A DNA stretch of 62,183 nucleotides, filler included, from Gonapodya sp. JEL0774 (lineage: Eukaryota): NCBI GenBank assembly GCA_027604505.1. It is 9 parts of 9 records of this genome, joined end to end, with 100 filler letters (N's around TTAATTAATTAA, not from the genome) between each part and the next. Parts side by side here need not be neighbours in the genome. Positions count along the whole stretch, not along the records: positions 34,705 to 41,510 come from JADIIX010000561.1; positions 41,611 to 48,410 come from JADIIX010000562.1; positions 48,511 to 55,303 come from JADIIX010000563.1; 6 more parts are not named here. One strand, 5' to 3'. Both the position numbers and the translations under genes were made by a program. The notes under the pieces were generated by a model. It saw nothing but the letters and a program-made list of their open reading frames with translations, had not been told where the DNA came from and did not search any database. Positions 37,638 through 50,064 of this stretch are shown one piece after another. Every line of letters begins with the position of its first letter. The first letter of the stretch is position 1.

Positions 37638-38058
37638 TGATATGGGGGAAGCGTTAGCGGCCGTGCGATAGAGCACTCGAATGAATCCAGTAGGATGGTT
37701 AGGGAGAGTGTTTTGCCAGATTGAGAAGGGTTTCAAACCCCGACAGTGCCACCCCACACCATGCGCGAAATCTCCCGCAAATTCCAAACAAATTCAAAAT
37801 TTCGGCAGGTTTATAAATGTTGCGTAGTCCGGCTGAAGATTGGACTTAATTGACAACATATTTTGTGGTACTCCTATGGGGAACATCTAACAAACCCAAA
37901 TGATCATTATGTGTTTCACACCTAAATCTTATTGCTGATTGCGAGATTACCACATCTCCCACTATTGACATGTTGACAGTTCCAAGAGCTGTGGTCAAAG
38001 CTCTACCAACCTCTGGTTCCAATTTATTACCTTCATTCCGCTCCGTCTGCCCTTCGCA

Positions 38059-40222
38059 ATGTCTTACGGCTATGTCACAGAACCAGCGACCAATGCGAAA
38101 GTCATGATACATACCTCGATGGGCGACTTGGAGGTGGAGCTTTGGGGAAAAGAGTGTCCAAAATCTACGCGTAACTTCATTCAGCTGGCGCAAGAGGGCT
38201 ACTACGATGGGACTATATTCCACCGACTCGTTCCGGGTTTCATCATTCAAGGGGGAGACCCTACTGGAACTGGTGATGGTGGAGAGTCTATCTACGAAGA
38301 TAATCCGAACCATTCATTCCCAGACGAATTTCACCAACGGCTGCGATTCAATCGACGTGGGCTCCTCGCTATGGCAAGTACAGAGGTTGGAGAGAATAGG
38401 AGTCAGTTTTTCTTCACATTGGATCGTGCGGACGAGCTTCAAAAGCGATATACATTGTTTGGGAAGGTACGTTAAATGTGAAGCGACGGCGTGGACCTCC
38501 TTTCGATATTATGCCTGAAATATACTCGCCTTCGATTCAATTACGCTGTATCATGATTGTTTCGCGTGAGGGGAGGAAGCCTCTGCTGGTTGTGGTTGGT
38601 TCTGATCACCTCACTTCTGACCCATTTAATTGCAGATAGTAGGCGACACACTCTTCAATCTTCTCAAAATGGCAGAGCTTGAAGTGGATGTACATACGGA
38701 CCGCCCACTTTATCCCCCGAAGTTGCTTTCGATCGAGGTCCTCAACAATCCATTCGAGGATATTGTACCCCGCTTTGTAACGCGACGTGTCGAGGCGGCA
38801 GAACTGGAACGAAACTCAGAGAACAAGCCAGTCCGCAAAACCAAAAAGTGAGATTTTGGAGACGTCCGTTAGGTCGTTGTAAACTGGCACTTCTCCGGTC
38901 ATTGGTTCTCTGAACCTCCGTTTCTCTTATCAAGGAACAAAGCGCTCCTCTCATTCGCAGCTGATGAAGATGAATCAGTTGTAGAATCGACTCTCGGCAA
39001 GAAAATAAAACTCGCCCCCGCACATGAATTGCTGGCCGATGTAGACCCTCGGTTGTCCAAACACACGGCGGCGGAGGATCTTGGCGAGGATTTGATCCCT
39101 GACAAAACAACAAGCGGTAGAGGCTTCAACACGACTGGTGCACAACCGCATGGTACACCTCCGCCGCTTGTATCCAAGCGCAAGCGAAAATCTTCATCGG
39201 ACGAGGATGACGACTCGGACAGCGATTCAAATCATCCAGGGAGGAATCGCGTAGCGGAGCTACTTGGGAAGACTGCTGAAAGGTAAGGTAAGTGCCGCGA
39301 TGAAAATTGCATGATCGGTGTTCTAATTGGCCAAACTTTGTAGGGCCGCCGTGAACGCCGAGATCGCCCACCTGACGAAAAAGCTGACTCGGCGATCGGA
39401 GTCGCCTCCTTCCGGTCGTCGCCCTTCTGAAAAGCCGACTAAGCCCGTGTTGGATGGTCCATACGCGAATCTCACCGGATCAACATACGTGCGAAGAGCT
39501 GTGAAAACGTCAAAGGAGGAAAAGGCTCGACGAGAACAAGAGTTACTCGCGCGAATGAACGAGTTTTCGACCGTTCTGGAAAAAGATGCGGTTTCCCGGA
39601 AGACGAAGCCGGTAGTGACGAGAGCAACCGAAACTCCAGATCAGATGCAAGAAAAACCGAGGTGCTCCTTACACAACGTCGCAGGCTGCCTCTCCTGTAT
39701 TGATTCTTTTGATTTGACTGTGGACGACGCGGCGGGGCTGTTAGGCGGTGGGGATGAGAGTGCTGATGGTGGAAAATGGTGGGAGACTGAGTTGGTTTTT
39801 GCAAAGGATGCAGGAACGAAGGATCTCTTTAGGTGGGTGCACATGGAGGCAGGGGTAATGGTGCTCAATCATAATACCAATTCCCGTTGCCTCTCAGGCC
39901 CGAAGATTACGATGTTATCGATCCACGAGAAGCACTCGCATCTCGTCTTTCCTCCACCGGTTCAAAGGGAGTCGCCGTAGGCGTAGGTGTAATCGCCGGA
40001 CTAGAAAATGCCCCAAAACGAGATTATGAAAATCGGGGAAACGGTCGATCAGGGCGCGGAGGCGGTCGTGGTGATCGATACGGGGATGATCGATATGGTG
40101 GACAATTTGACCGCGGACGCAGAGGTGATGGTGGGCGAGGATCGCACGGTCATGGCAGCGTCTCGAGCAGTCGTAGCACCGGTGGAAGGGATGAGTGGGG
40201 CGGTCGCTCGTCGCATCGTTGA
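38059..40222 (+). CDS. CWC27: Spliceosome-associated cyclophilin CWC27
   Basis: YVTEPATNAKV..ELWGKECPK..FHRLVPGFIIQGGDPTGTGDGGESIY..DEFHQRLRFNRRGL, NPFEDIVPR, LLSF, a CSLH..CLSC motif and YDVIDPR. Confidence 0.93.
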
Positions 40223-40232
40223 TGTACTAAGC

Positions 40233-40388
40233 GAGTTTCCACATGTCGAGCCAAAACAGCGTAAAACTCCATCATCGCAGTTGCGTTTATGTACTGTTGA
40301 AGCGGAAGATGAGTCCACATGTCGAGCCAAAATAGTGTAGAACTGCATCATCGCAGTGCGTTTATGTACTGTTGAAGCGGAGGACGAG
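40233..40388. repeat. Two-copy tandem duplication of about 78 bp just after the CWC27 stop
   Basis: CCACATGTCGAGCCAAAA...CATCATCGCAGT.GCGTTTATGTACTGTTGAAGCGGA occurs twice in tandem. Confidence 0.9.
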
Positions 40389-40626
40389 ATTCCGATACTT
40401 TTCCACCAACCTAGGAGAGGATAGGTCAATCGAAGTTTCGTATAGTTATAGTACAGCTGAGATGAAGAACGAGCCCCTAATATGCACCAGTCGAAAGCGT
40501 TGGTTTACCCAGATCTGCAGCAATCGCTCATCTCATATCAATAGCATGTATTTCAGAAATGCTCTCAGATGACGCGGTATACATCATCATGAGCACCTGA
40601 ACTACGTCACCAAGTAATCAGCACTT

Positions 40627-41510
40627 TCAAAGTTGCGCACCCGTAGCCATAGATCCACTTCGCCTTGCCAACGCCTCCTTATATGGTGACATATCCATCT
40701 TAGGATACCTGAGGCCCACATCCCTCACTGTCTGTTCGTCCCAATAATCACTGTTGACGTCAGGGAATCCAAACAGATCCCTCTCCCTCAAAGTCAAACC
40801 CGCCATCCAGTCATTCCAGCGTGGGTTACCGGTGTAGTCTGGCCACGCATGCTTGCCAGCCCAGGGACTTGCTCGACGAGGTTTGAAGTCTGCGGCGAAA
40901 ACAAACCTTGATCGGTTGACCCCAGGGGGACCGGAGAAAGCCGAGCCACGGTGGAGGACGTCTGTACGATACTGTGGTACATTGGAAGATGCAAAAAGGA
41001 CAAGGTGAATTCAAAGAGGATTCTCGCCCACAAGTGGATCGTGGGATTGACTTCAGGAGTTGCAGAGTGAATACATACGATCATAAGTGATCCCGCCTTT
41101 CCTGTCACTGCAACTTCTTTGTCTGCGAGCTCCCCCTTTTCGAGGATCCTCCTTGATATGGGAATATGCTGCGAATCGAGTTTGGACACGATCTTCGTTG
41201 GTGCATCATGCTCAGTTACGTCCGACAGAAGAAGCCAAGTGGTAATGTGACGGTACTTTTTGTCGGGCCGAGGAACAACCAGGGTGTGGTTGCCGTAATC
41301 TAAGAGTGTGTGTGACCATAAGGCTTTCGAGATGGGCAACAAGCCCGTACGACAACAGGCGTACCGTAGTGCAGTCTCTGATCATAATCAATGGTACCTG
41401 CACCAACCAATAACATTAGATGGTATCAGTAGTGGCGTCTCGGTTGTGCTTCACCCACCGGAGTATTTCGCCCAACATTCTACCTTGTAAAGATCCAGGT
41501 CTTTTGTTTC
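40627..41510 (-). CDS. Phytanoyl-CoA dioxygenase (PhyH)-family Fe(II)/2-oxoglutarate oxygenase, 5' truncated
   Basis: WAKYSG|TIDYDQRLHY|DYGNHTLVVP carries the HxD motif. It is followed by LLSDVT..PT, GKAGS, DVLHRG (distal His), SRF and LFGFP..YW..RYPKMDMSPY..AQL*. Confidence 0.88.
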
Positions 41511-41610
41511 NNNNNNNNNNNNNNNNNNNNNNNNNNNNNNNNNNNNNNNNNNNNTTAATTAATTAANNNNNNNNNNNNNNNNNNNNNNNNNNNNNNNNNN
41601 NNNNNNNNNN
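41511..41610. other. Artificial contig spacer
   Basis: N44-TTAATTAATTAA-N44. Confidence 0.99.
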
Positions 41611-43067
41611 GGACGAGGATGAGGGCGTCGCGGGCAGAGGTGGGGAACATGGGTTTGGTGCGGAAGTACTGATTTGGTGGGTGTGGGGGTAAGTTCGGGT
41701 GGGGACGGGGAGAGATGAGGAGAGGATGGGAGGTCCGCGTTGGTGGGTCGGAGTCGGTGAACAGAGACGCAGTGCAAACTTCCTCTCCGACAGGATTCCA
41801 CGCCGAAATCAACCTCACCCATTCACTGCTCCCAATAAGTCCACCTCCCCTCTTCCGCCCTGACACCCAAAGCCCCCCACTCCAAATACCCACGTCTATC
41901 CTCGTATCCCTATCGATCTCCTCGACCACTTTCCCCACATCGGTCATGTCCTTGTCCCACTCTGTACGGTGCTTGACCTCGAAGGCGTAGTCGAAGAGGG
42001 GGTTGAGGGGGGTGGTCATTTCGAGAAAGAGCTGTGGTGGGGCAGGAGGTGAGTGTAATAAGGGTGAGCGTTTATACACACACACACACAAGCCACACTC
42101 CGAACAAAGTCCGTTTTCCGAACCGTAGGCTCAACTGAAGCGAGGTATACGTTTATCCGCCTCGGAGTTGTGAATGGAGACGACCCGTTCGAATCTTGTG
42201 ACACAAGACGGGTGGCAACGCAGACCAGCCACGTGACACAGCAAGATACTCTCTCGCCTCTCAAACCCCAACCAACCAACCACCATCCCTCGTGCACCAT
42301 ATTCCACCCAATCTCCCCTTCAGCTCACCTTAAAGTTCCACTCGGCCTTCCTGTTCTTGAACACCATCACCTTTGGCGAGTCCTCGCTCTTTTCGACGTG
42401 CACGACGAGCTGCCATGTCTCGTCTTCCCGGTCGTGTGCTTCAGGAGGCTTGTCGAGGATGGCAAGGAGCGCGGATTTATGGGCAGGCAGGGAGGAGAGG
42501 CTGGTCGGAGACGTGTGGCGGTTGTTTTGGGGAATTGGAAGACACGACATGAAAACGAGTTCCACTGTACTGTGGACGGCCAATTCATACTAACAGATCA
42601 CGTTTTCTGATGTCGTCTGGCGACAGTGCCTCCTCCACCACCTCGTCGTCCCCTTCCTCGTCCGCCTTTGCAGCGCTCGCGTCCCCGTCGCTCGCAGCCC
42701 CACTACTCGCCGAAACGTCCTCCACAGCCGCCACTGCAGAAACATGGGCACTGCGTGCAATTGACGGAGCAGAATCGTCGGAGACAGAAGGGATATGACG
42801 GAGTGCAGCGAGCAGGTTGCGACCCCACGATCCGCCCGCGACAGGAAACCCAAACGCAGGAGCAAGCCATGCGAGTGCGACAAGTTGAGCAAGCAAGTGG
42901 ATTGTTGTTGCTGTCACCGCTGATGTTGCAGCGGAGTCTGAGTCTGAAGCGGAGGAATCGACAAGGAACAGCGCCACCAGCGACGATGCGACACGGGAGA
43001 TCAGAAAGGGCGCGACGGCGATGGCAGCGGCAGCGGCGATCAGAGTGGCCGCAGCATCGGAAGCCAT
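41611..43067 (-). CDS. Membrane-anchored START (lipid-transfer) domain protein, 3' truncated
   Basis: A hydrophobic N-terminus, then TWQLV..VMVFK, RTEWDKDM..VVEEID and YFRTKPMFPTSARDAL. Confidence 0.82.
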
Positions 43068-43834
43068 TGTGGTCAAATCTGCGTTCGATGTGTCCCTGGG
43101 CAGCGTGAGTTTGGAGTTGGGTTGGGGGCAGGGAGACCACAGACAGGCACCTTGCACTACTAGCACCTACGTCAACATTTGGCAGAATTCATAGATGGGA
43201 ATGTCGCTCTTTGCGCACCCATCGAAGAATACTCGCAGCTCAGTGTTCCAATTTTTATCTACTCCCAGCCTTCTGCACTCAATGGCTACAGTCTGCACAC
43301 TCTTGCCCTGTCCACACTTTACACCTGCCGCGCAACCAGTAATCCAGTGGGCCTCCCATCAGCCACTACAGATGACTCAGCTTATGCAATTTGTTTTAGA
43401 ATTGGAGCACTTTGTGCAGGGCTATTGCATTAATTTGATTACATAGTTCAATGACTCGCTAATGTTTCCCTCTGTTGGCCTGATTTGAGTTTTGGGTGCC
43501 TCTCACTTGGACTGTCGAGAATTCATATATTGAATATGATTGTAGTAAATCCGGAAATGTGATTTTATGAAGCAAAGTGCCGTGGTCTGTTTCATAAGCT
43601 AAATTTCTCAGTAAACAGAATAATGTCCACACACACCCCAAGAGTTTTGTTCATCACAGTAATGTCCAATGTGGCAAACAATGTGCTGGCATCAGCTGCA
43701 AAATCTAACAGCCACATGACATTGTGCCCATCCAGATCTGTTGATATCGTAGAATGCGTGAGATCTAGTAGCACTTCCTTCCCAGTTCCCTTCACCAGCT
43801 TCTGTCTTGCTCCACAGCACCTTCACCACACTCC

Positions 43835-44751
43835 TCAATACCCCTCTGTTGGGTACCCCTCCTCCTTCCATCCCCTGATCCCACCAACCACACTCCGCAC
43901 ATTGGTGTACCCCATTTGAACAAGGTTGTAACCTGCCAGGATGGAGCGGAAGCCACCACCACAGTAGAGGATGAGGAGGTCGGACTGGGGTCAGAGGTGG
44001 GAGTGGCCGGGAGTGTGAGATATCAGATGATAGAACATGGGTTGCGCCAAAAACCGGAAACAGACGAGTGGATGAGATAACTTCCATTGCCATGGCGCAA
44101 TTGCGCCACCAATCTGGTTTGAGGCTGCCCCTTCCGCCAGCCATGGCCCCCTTGTTTCTCTATCCTGTCACGACCCACCTCCGCATCCACCCCCTTCTTC
44201 TCCACGTTCCACTCCAAGTTCCCCCTTCCTGTCCACACTGCACCTGGCACACGCTCAATCGTGAACTCGCCGATCTCCCGTACATCGAGGAGCCAGAGTT
44301 TGCGATATGCGGGGAGGGCGGGTGATGAATGGACCGGATGTTGAATGCGAGAGGGAAGAGTGGGATGCGAGGTGATGTTGGGGTACAAGAGTTCATGTAG
44401 GACTGTGGGGTGGATAGAGGGGACGAAGGGCTGGTACTTTGCCAGGAGGACTGGGTTGGTGATCGAAAGTCGAGAATGTTCAGATTCGTGGGGGATCAGT
44501 GAACAACCCATCGAAGAGCGGACGCAACAGATACCGCATAGCCTTGTACAGTTACTTCTTGTTGCAGCCGAGCATGGCGAGACGTGACCTGTCCACTCAC
44601 CTGCGAATCGCGGCGGTACAGCCTCGAGTCCCACCTCGTCGACTGCGATCGGGACCGCGGGGAGGGAGAGCGCAGGAGTGGTCACATACGGGAATAGTAC
44701 AATGACTGAAAGGAGCAGAATGCGTGAGAAGGTTGCGGATGGAGTGTGCAT
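43835..44751 (-). CDS. Single-domain rhodanese/sulfurtransferase with a predicted signal peptide
   Basis: MHTPSATFSRILLLSVIVLF.., LLDVREIGEF..VPGA..GRGNLE, and a last exon LILYCGGGFRSILAGYNLVQMGYTNVRSVVGGIRGWKEEGYP..*. Confidence 0.88.
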
Positions 44752-45059
44752 TGTGGACTCGGGTGTGTTTGGCGCGGGTGGTAGTTGAGCCGATTCCCGA
44801 TCACAGGAACCGCCGGTTCTCAACATCGAAAACGAAGGGAATTGCGTATTTAATTTTCAAAAGAACGAATCGCGACGTCATCCTATCCTCAGGCGTCCCT
44901 GTGGTGCCCGCGTCTTCGCCGGGTGGAGTCTCGTTCCCGTTTGCTTGTTCCGCCCTTCGCCGACACTTGGACGTCACTCTGACGGACCAGAATCCACAAT
45001 CCCCTACTCTGTTTATCGCCTGCTCTCTCTTATACCTTGCCCTCTCTTCACACCCCGCA

Positions 45060-46246
45060 TGTCCCCACACAACAAACTCTCAAAACACTCGAGTGTCCCC
45101 TGTCTCAACCACGTCCACTTCAATCCATCTTTATTCCTCAGCGCATTCTCTATTCGGTTCCTAGCACATGGAACTTCATCGTCAATCCCTGGTGCTCACA
45201 GCCGGGCGGCGTCAAAACTTCACAATGAAGTCGAACGAGTCCCGCAGGCTGTCACAGACACAGAGGACGACGATTGGGATCAGAACGAATCCCCCGCCAC
45301 GACCACAAGCACCTACACTACTTCTTCCACCGCCTCTTCCCGCCTCTCCACCCTGTCCGGCTCATTCTCCAACCCCCTATTTCAACCGCAACGTTCCGCT
45401 TCCTCTTCCCCTCTACACTCCACATCCAGTTCCCATACCCGCACATCCCACCGCCGCAGCACTCTGGACCAGCTCCACCGCAGTTGGTCACACATGGCCG
45501 CCGTGGAACGGGAGGCGGGAAGATGGGACGGGACGGCGGTTGGGATGATGGCAGGGCGGAAGAGGGGGAGGGACTCGAAGGATAATGAGAGGGAACGGGC
45601 AAGAACGGGTGGGACAAGTGGGACGGGTGTAAAGGACCATGATACGGCCGTTCGCGGAGCTGGCGACGGCACCGCTGCAGTGGGAGTGACATCAGAGGGT
45701 GAGAGACAAGCAGCTGAGATACGGCATGCGCGGAGTCCGTCGGATGATGAGGAAGTGAATCTCAGTCGACCAGAGGACGAAATCCGGAACCAAAGCGATC
45801 GATCGGACCGAGCGGGATCACAAGGATGTGATGTTCGTTCCTCGGAGAAGACGGACCAAGACAAACACCATCACGAGGATCCGTCCTGTCGGTGGGAACA
45901 GGCTGGTGTGGGTCGACCAGACGACGTGGACGATGGTGGTGACCAGGGCACCACAACAACCCCTCCTGATATGGATTTGGACTCCCGCGTAACACCCCCG
46001 GTCGACCCCAATCGCCCTACTTCCCCTCCCCCACCTTCACTCCATGCACTCACCTCCGACCCTCCCCCGCCCACACACCCCACCGTCCACGTCGCTCCCC
46101 CTCCAACCCACCCTCCCCCACCTCCTTCCGTTCACCTCGCAAACTCAAGCACCACAAGACCCAAGAAGCTGCACCGACGTGCTCAGGGCCACGCGCGGTA
46201 CGCAAATGGGTCGTTAGGAGTCGGACAAGGGAGTCGTGCAGATTAA
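45060..46246 (+). CDS. Hypothetical low-complexity, probably disordered protein; start uncertain
   Basis: Long open frame rich in S/T/D/P. No domain recognised. Confidence 0.45.
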
Positions 46247-46859
46247 GGACTGTGGTCGTGGCGCGGGACAGGCAGGAATGGAACCGGACCGGAACAGTGG
46301 GGTAGACATTGTGAAGTGGGATTAATGGTGGTTCGTGGCCGTATGACTGAGGTGTGAAGATCGAGTTGAGAGACGGTGTGGGTAGTGTCGAATGGTACCT
46401 GGAGCCAACATGGATATATCGGAGATGCCCCGGTTTCGGCATCCAACAACCACGCAGCCACGCCGCAACCTGTGCAAGTGCTGCAGAGAGCCCGAATAGT
46501 AGATTCTCTCATTGACGCGATGTTCGCACTATTTTGATATGCATGGATCCATAGAGTAAACCACTATTCCACGCTTGTTAGCGTGTCTGCCACGCGACAC
46601 GAATGTCTAACTCCAGTTACTAATTTCCATGTACAAAAATGTGCACGATATGGTCGTTTTCCCGCTCACTGAACTCGTTTGAATAATATGTTTCGCCGGC
46701 GGCGTAGTGGCCTCATACTGTGTGGCATGGTACGCGATGATCCCACAGGCATCTGTTGCACACTAAATAATATTTATTTTAATTTTCATTCTCATCGTGA
46801 GAGATTTCGTTTTCTCTGCCGCCAAGTGAAACTGAACAAAGTTGACCGAATTTATTCAA

Positions 46860-47737
46860 ATGTCGAGTACGAGTTCCAACTACAATCTTCCAACTCACCT
46901 GTTGCTCACCCCAGTCATTCTCCCACCCAGCTTCCCAAGCCCCCACCCCACCTCCCATCACCGGCCACTGCCACTGCCGCGCCGTGTCCTTCCGTGTCCT
47001 CCCTGCCGCAGGTCTCACACCCCCTTCCGACACAGTCGTGTGCCACTGCGAGTCGTGCCGAAGGACCAGCGGAGGAGCGTTCGCGGTGTTTTGGGCGAAC
47101 GTACCGGTAGGGAATGTGGTGTTTGAGAGGGGGAAGGGGGAGGGACAGGGGGAGGGGAAAGCTTATAGAACGGTGAGAGATGGTTGGGTGGGTTTGTATG
47201 GAACGGTGGAACGCTCACACCACCCTCCGGTCGCCTTCCACTCACCCTTCTCAGTACATGTCATCCGAGCACGGCGAGCGTGGGTTTTGTGGAGTGTGTG
47301 GCTCGTCGATCTCGTTCAGATTCAAGGTGTGTCGGCACGAGTCGTTTCTACGTACATAACGGGATTTGGTGCGGATGATCCGGATCGGAGTGCATGTATT
47401 GATCTTTCCTGTTGTTAATCATTAATTTATCGTAGAACCACGACACGATGAGTATCGCAGTGTCCGCGCTCGTGAGTGTGCAGCATGCAGCAACATATTT
47501 GCACCCATCGGCACAAGCACGCTCACCTTTTACCCATAACCAATCCCGCCCCACACGCCCCAGGACTATCCATCCCTCTTCCCACCCCGCGACGAACTCT
47601 TTGGTTCCGAAAGACTCCCCTGGGTGGCTGACCTTTTCTCGAGCGGGAAGATCGACGTGTGGGAGACGTGGAGGCACGGGGCGGAGAGAAAGCTCGTGCA
47701 CAAAGGGGCGGCACCGAGGAAGGAGGGGGTGGAGTGA
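46860..47737 (+). CDS. GFA/CENP-V (Mss4-like) zinc-binding protein; 3' end approximate
   Basis: ITGHCHCRAV..CHCESCRRTSG..ERGFCGVCGS. Confidence 0.88.
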
Positions 47738-48058
47738 ACGAGTGTGTAGTAAGCGGATCGAGTTGGTCAGGTCCGTGGCATGTGTAGCGCAAGGTTTGAC
47801 TGAGGATGGAATGTATTCTCAAAATCGTAGAGGAAATACTCAGGCGCAGATCGACTATCGATTGTACATGACTCCGCGGTTTTCTGTGGGCTGTACGAAA
47901 CACGCTCTCTTGTCCAAAAGACGCACCGCAGATCACTTGACGATTCCTTACAAATACCCCACGCCCCCTGCGACAAGAATCAAAAAGAGGAAAGAGAAAC
48001 GTCCCTCGTTGCTGCACCATTTCGTCTGGTAAAGACACGGCATTACGTGCCGCCCCGT

Positions 48059-48410
48059 TTAGTGTCCGTGCTGCAGCAAAAACTCTGCCCACGCCTTGTC
48101 CTCCTCTGTTTTCGAGAGCACCCGCACGCCCGACTTGGAGAACAGGATCATGCGGTTCAAGAGGCGGGTACGGAAATACTCGCCGGGGAATTTGGGCAGG
48201 ACGCGGTCACGGAGGTTGGTGGGGATGAACACGGTGGTGACTGGGTTGGGTGGGCAAGGAGAAGAGATGGTGAGACGGTGAGTGTGTGGTAACGGAAATG
48301 AGAGGATCGATCGTGGCGCAAAAGTGGATCAAGAATCAAAACGTACCGAACCCGATGCACACGATGGGGAGGATCCACTTGAAGTTGAGATCGTAGATGT
48401 TTGGTGCGCT
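48059..48410 (-). CDS. 3' exons of a hypothetical protein
   Basis: Open reading ..VFIPTNLRDRVLPKFPGEYFRTRLLNRMILFS..EFLLQHGH* with an upstream intron. No family recognised. Confidence 0.35.
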
Positions 48411-48510
48411 NNNNNNNNNNNNNNNNNNNNNNNNNNNNNNNNNNNNNNNNNNNNTTAATTAATTAANNNNNNNNNNNNNNNNNNNNNNNNNNNNNNNNNN
48501 NNNNNNNNNN
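48411..48510. other. Artificial contig spacer
   Basis: N44-TTAATTAATTAA-N44. Confidence 0.99.
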
Positions 48511-49457
48511 ACATTCCACCCATTCACAATGACCAAATCGCTTCCCCACACCGCACCCCAGGACCAAGACAGGTTCGACCCATCTGCTCTCTTCACCCGC
48601 GTGCCAGCCTATGCCATGCTGACCATCAATTACCTGTCTGTTTGTGTTCGCCTGCACCCGACACGTCCCCTCTCCCCGCTTCCAACACACGACCGACACA
48701 GGCACGACAGGTACGTGGACCAGTAACCGTCTTGGCTCGCATCCTCGCGTTACGTGTTGCTGACTCCACTGGGCCTGGGCTTCCCCCCGATTCCTTCCGC
48801 TGGCTCCCTGCCGACCGACCCTCTCCACCTCGCAAAACCGCACTGGGCGCCACGCGACCCGGCATTCGATCCATGGACGTGGTGGGGAATTACTGTATTG
48901 TCAGGCAAGGAACCAAACATGGGGACAAGAAGTCCGGGGGCGGGAAAGGTGGGTCGCCCTACTGGTCCCGTGTAGTGACCTTGATGAGCACACTTTGGTC
49001 TCACCCCACCACTCCACCATCTCTCCATCCTCTCTAGGAAACTGGTGCGATGTCGCCCCATATGATTTTCCCTGTCTTCCACCCGCCTGCGCACCGCGCT
49101 CCCCCGTCTGACTTCCCTGCGAACCAACTCACCGGCTACTCCCCCACCCACCCTCACCCGTCTTCTGTTCCAGGGGCTCTCTCGAAGACGAAGCCCACGA
49201 GTACGAGAAGAAAAGCGGCACCGCGGCCGACTTACCCGCGCCGCCGAAAGTCGAGGAGCACGTCAAGGTGGGTGCACGGGGGGTGGGTTCTGGTGTCGAA
49301 GCAGAGCCGAGGACGCGACCTGACCCGACGTGCTCCATTCCGGCCGCTTGTGTGTGGACGTGTGTGTGCGGGTGTGCCCTCGACGTCCCTCGTCAAGGTG
49401 GTCTCCCAGGCCGAAGCTGCGAAACTTACCGGTACAGCTGCTGCGGACAAGAAGTAG
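48511..49457 (+). CDS. 3' exons of a hypothetical protein
   Basis: Short exon-like segments (DQDRFDPSALFTRVPAYAMLTINY; GSLEDEAHEYEKK; AEAAKLTGTAAADKK*) flanked by AG/GT. Confidence 0.3.
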
Positions 49458-50064
49458 ACGGAACGATGAGCGTGGTTATAAGTTGTACAGTGGAACGATT
49501 CCGAGGCGATTGGCGAACTTCCAATGTGCGTCATGCCGTCGTGGATGGTACCTCGTAGGGAGTATGCCACCGGGGTCCCGTTCGATGGGTGCGGATAATG
49601 AGCGTACACGCTTGGGTTGTATTGTGTTTCACGGTGGACGAAAATCAAAAATGCCTTTCGAAATTCGAACGTGGACATATCCAGACGAGCACCAACATGC
49701 ACGATCACGTTGCACTTGATAGGCCGTACCCACAACATGGAACGTAGCAGGTTCTTGCAACCAAGCATAACAAAGACATGACACCGAGACACGAGTGCAA
49801 TATGCTGGCTGTGTTCCAGGTTGGATCTCTGTCTTGAGCGCTTGGCGCTCTGAGGGACGATAAAGACCGCAAGGACCCCCACTCTTCCTCCAGGAAAGAA
49901 GTCTGTGCCATTCTAACTGCATATGCAAGAGAATTCTACGCAAATTTTGTGTTACCATGTGATTCGCCCGAGTTTGCTGTTGTGCTGTGGACAATGCCGA
50001 ACTACCTTCGTCCATCACCGCTCTTTCCAGGTCCTCGTTCTTCTCTGAAAGCACCACGCGAGCA

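Noticed and set aside
40233..40388. CRISPR-like repeat
   Set aside because: There are only two abutting units, no unique spacers, no cas genes, and the context is eukaryotic.
42125..42205. tRNA gene (GGCTCAACTG .. GTTCGAATC)
   Set aside because: The T-stem pairs only 3 of 5 positions, and no acceptor stem or anticodon arm could be built.
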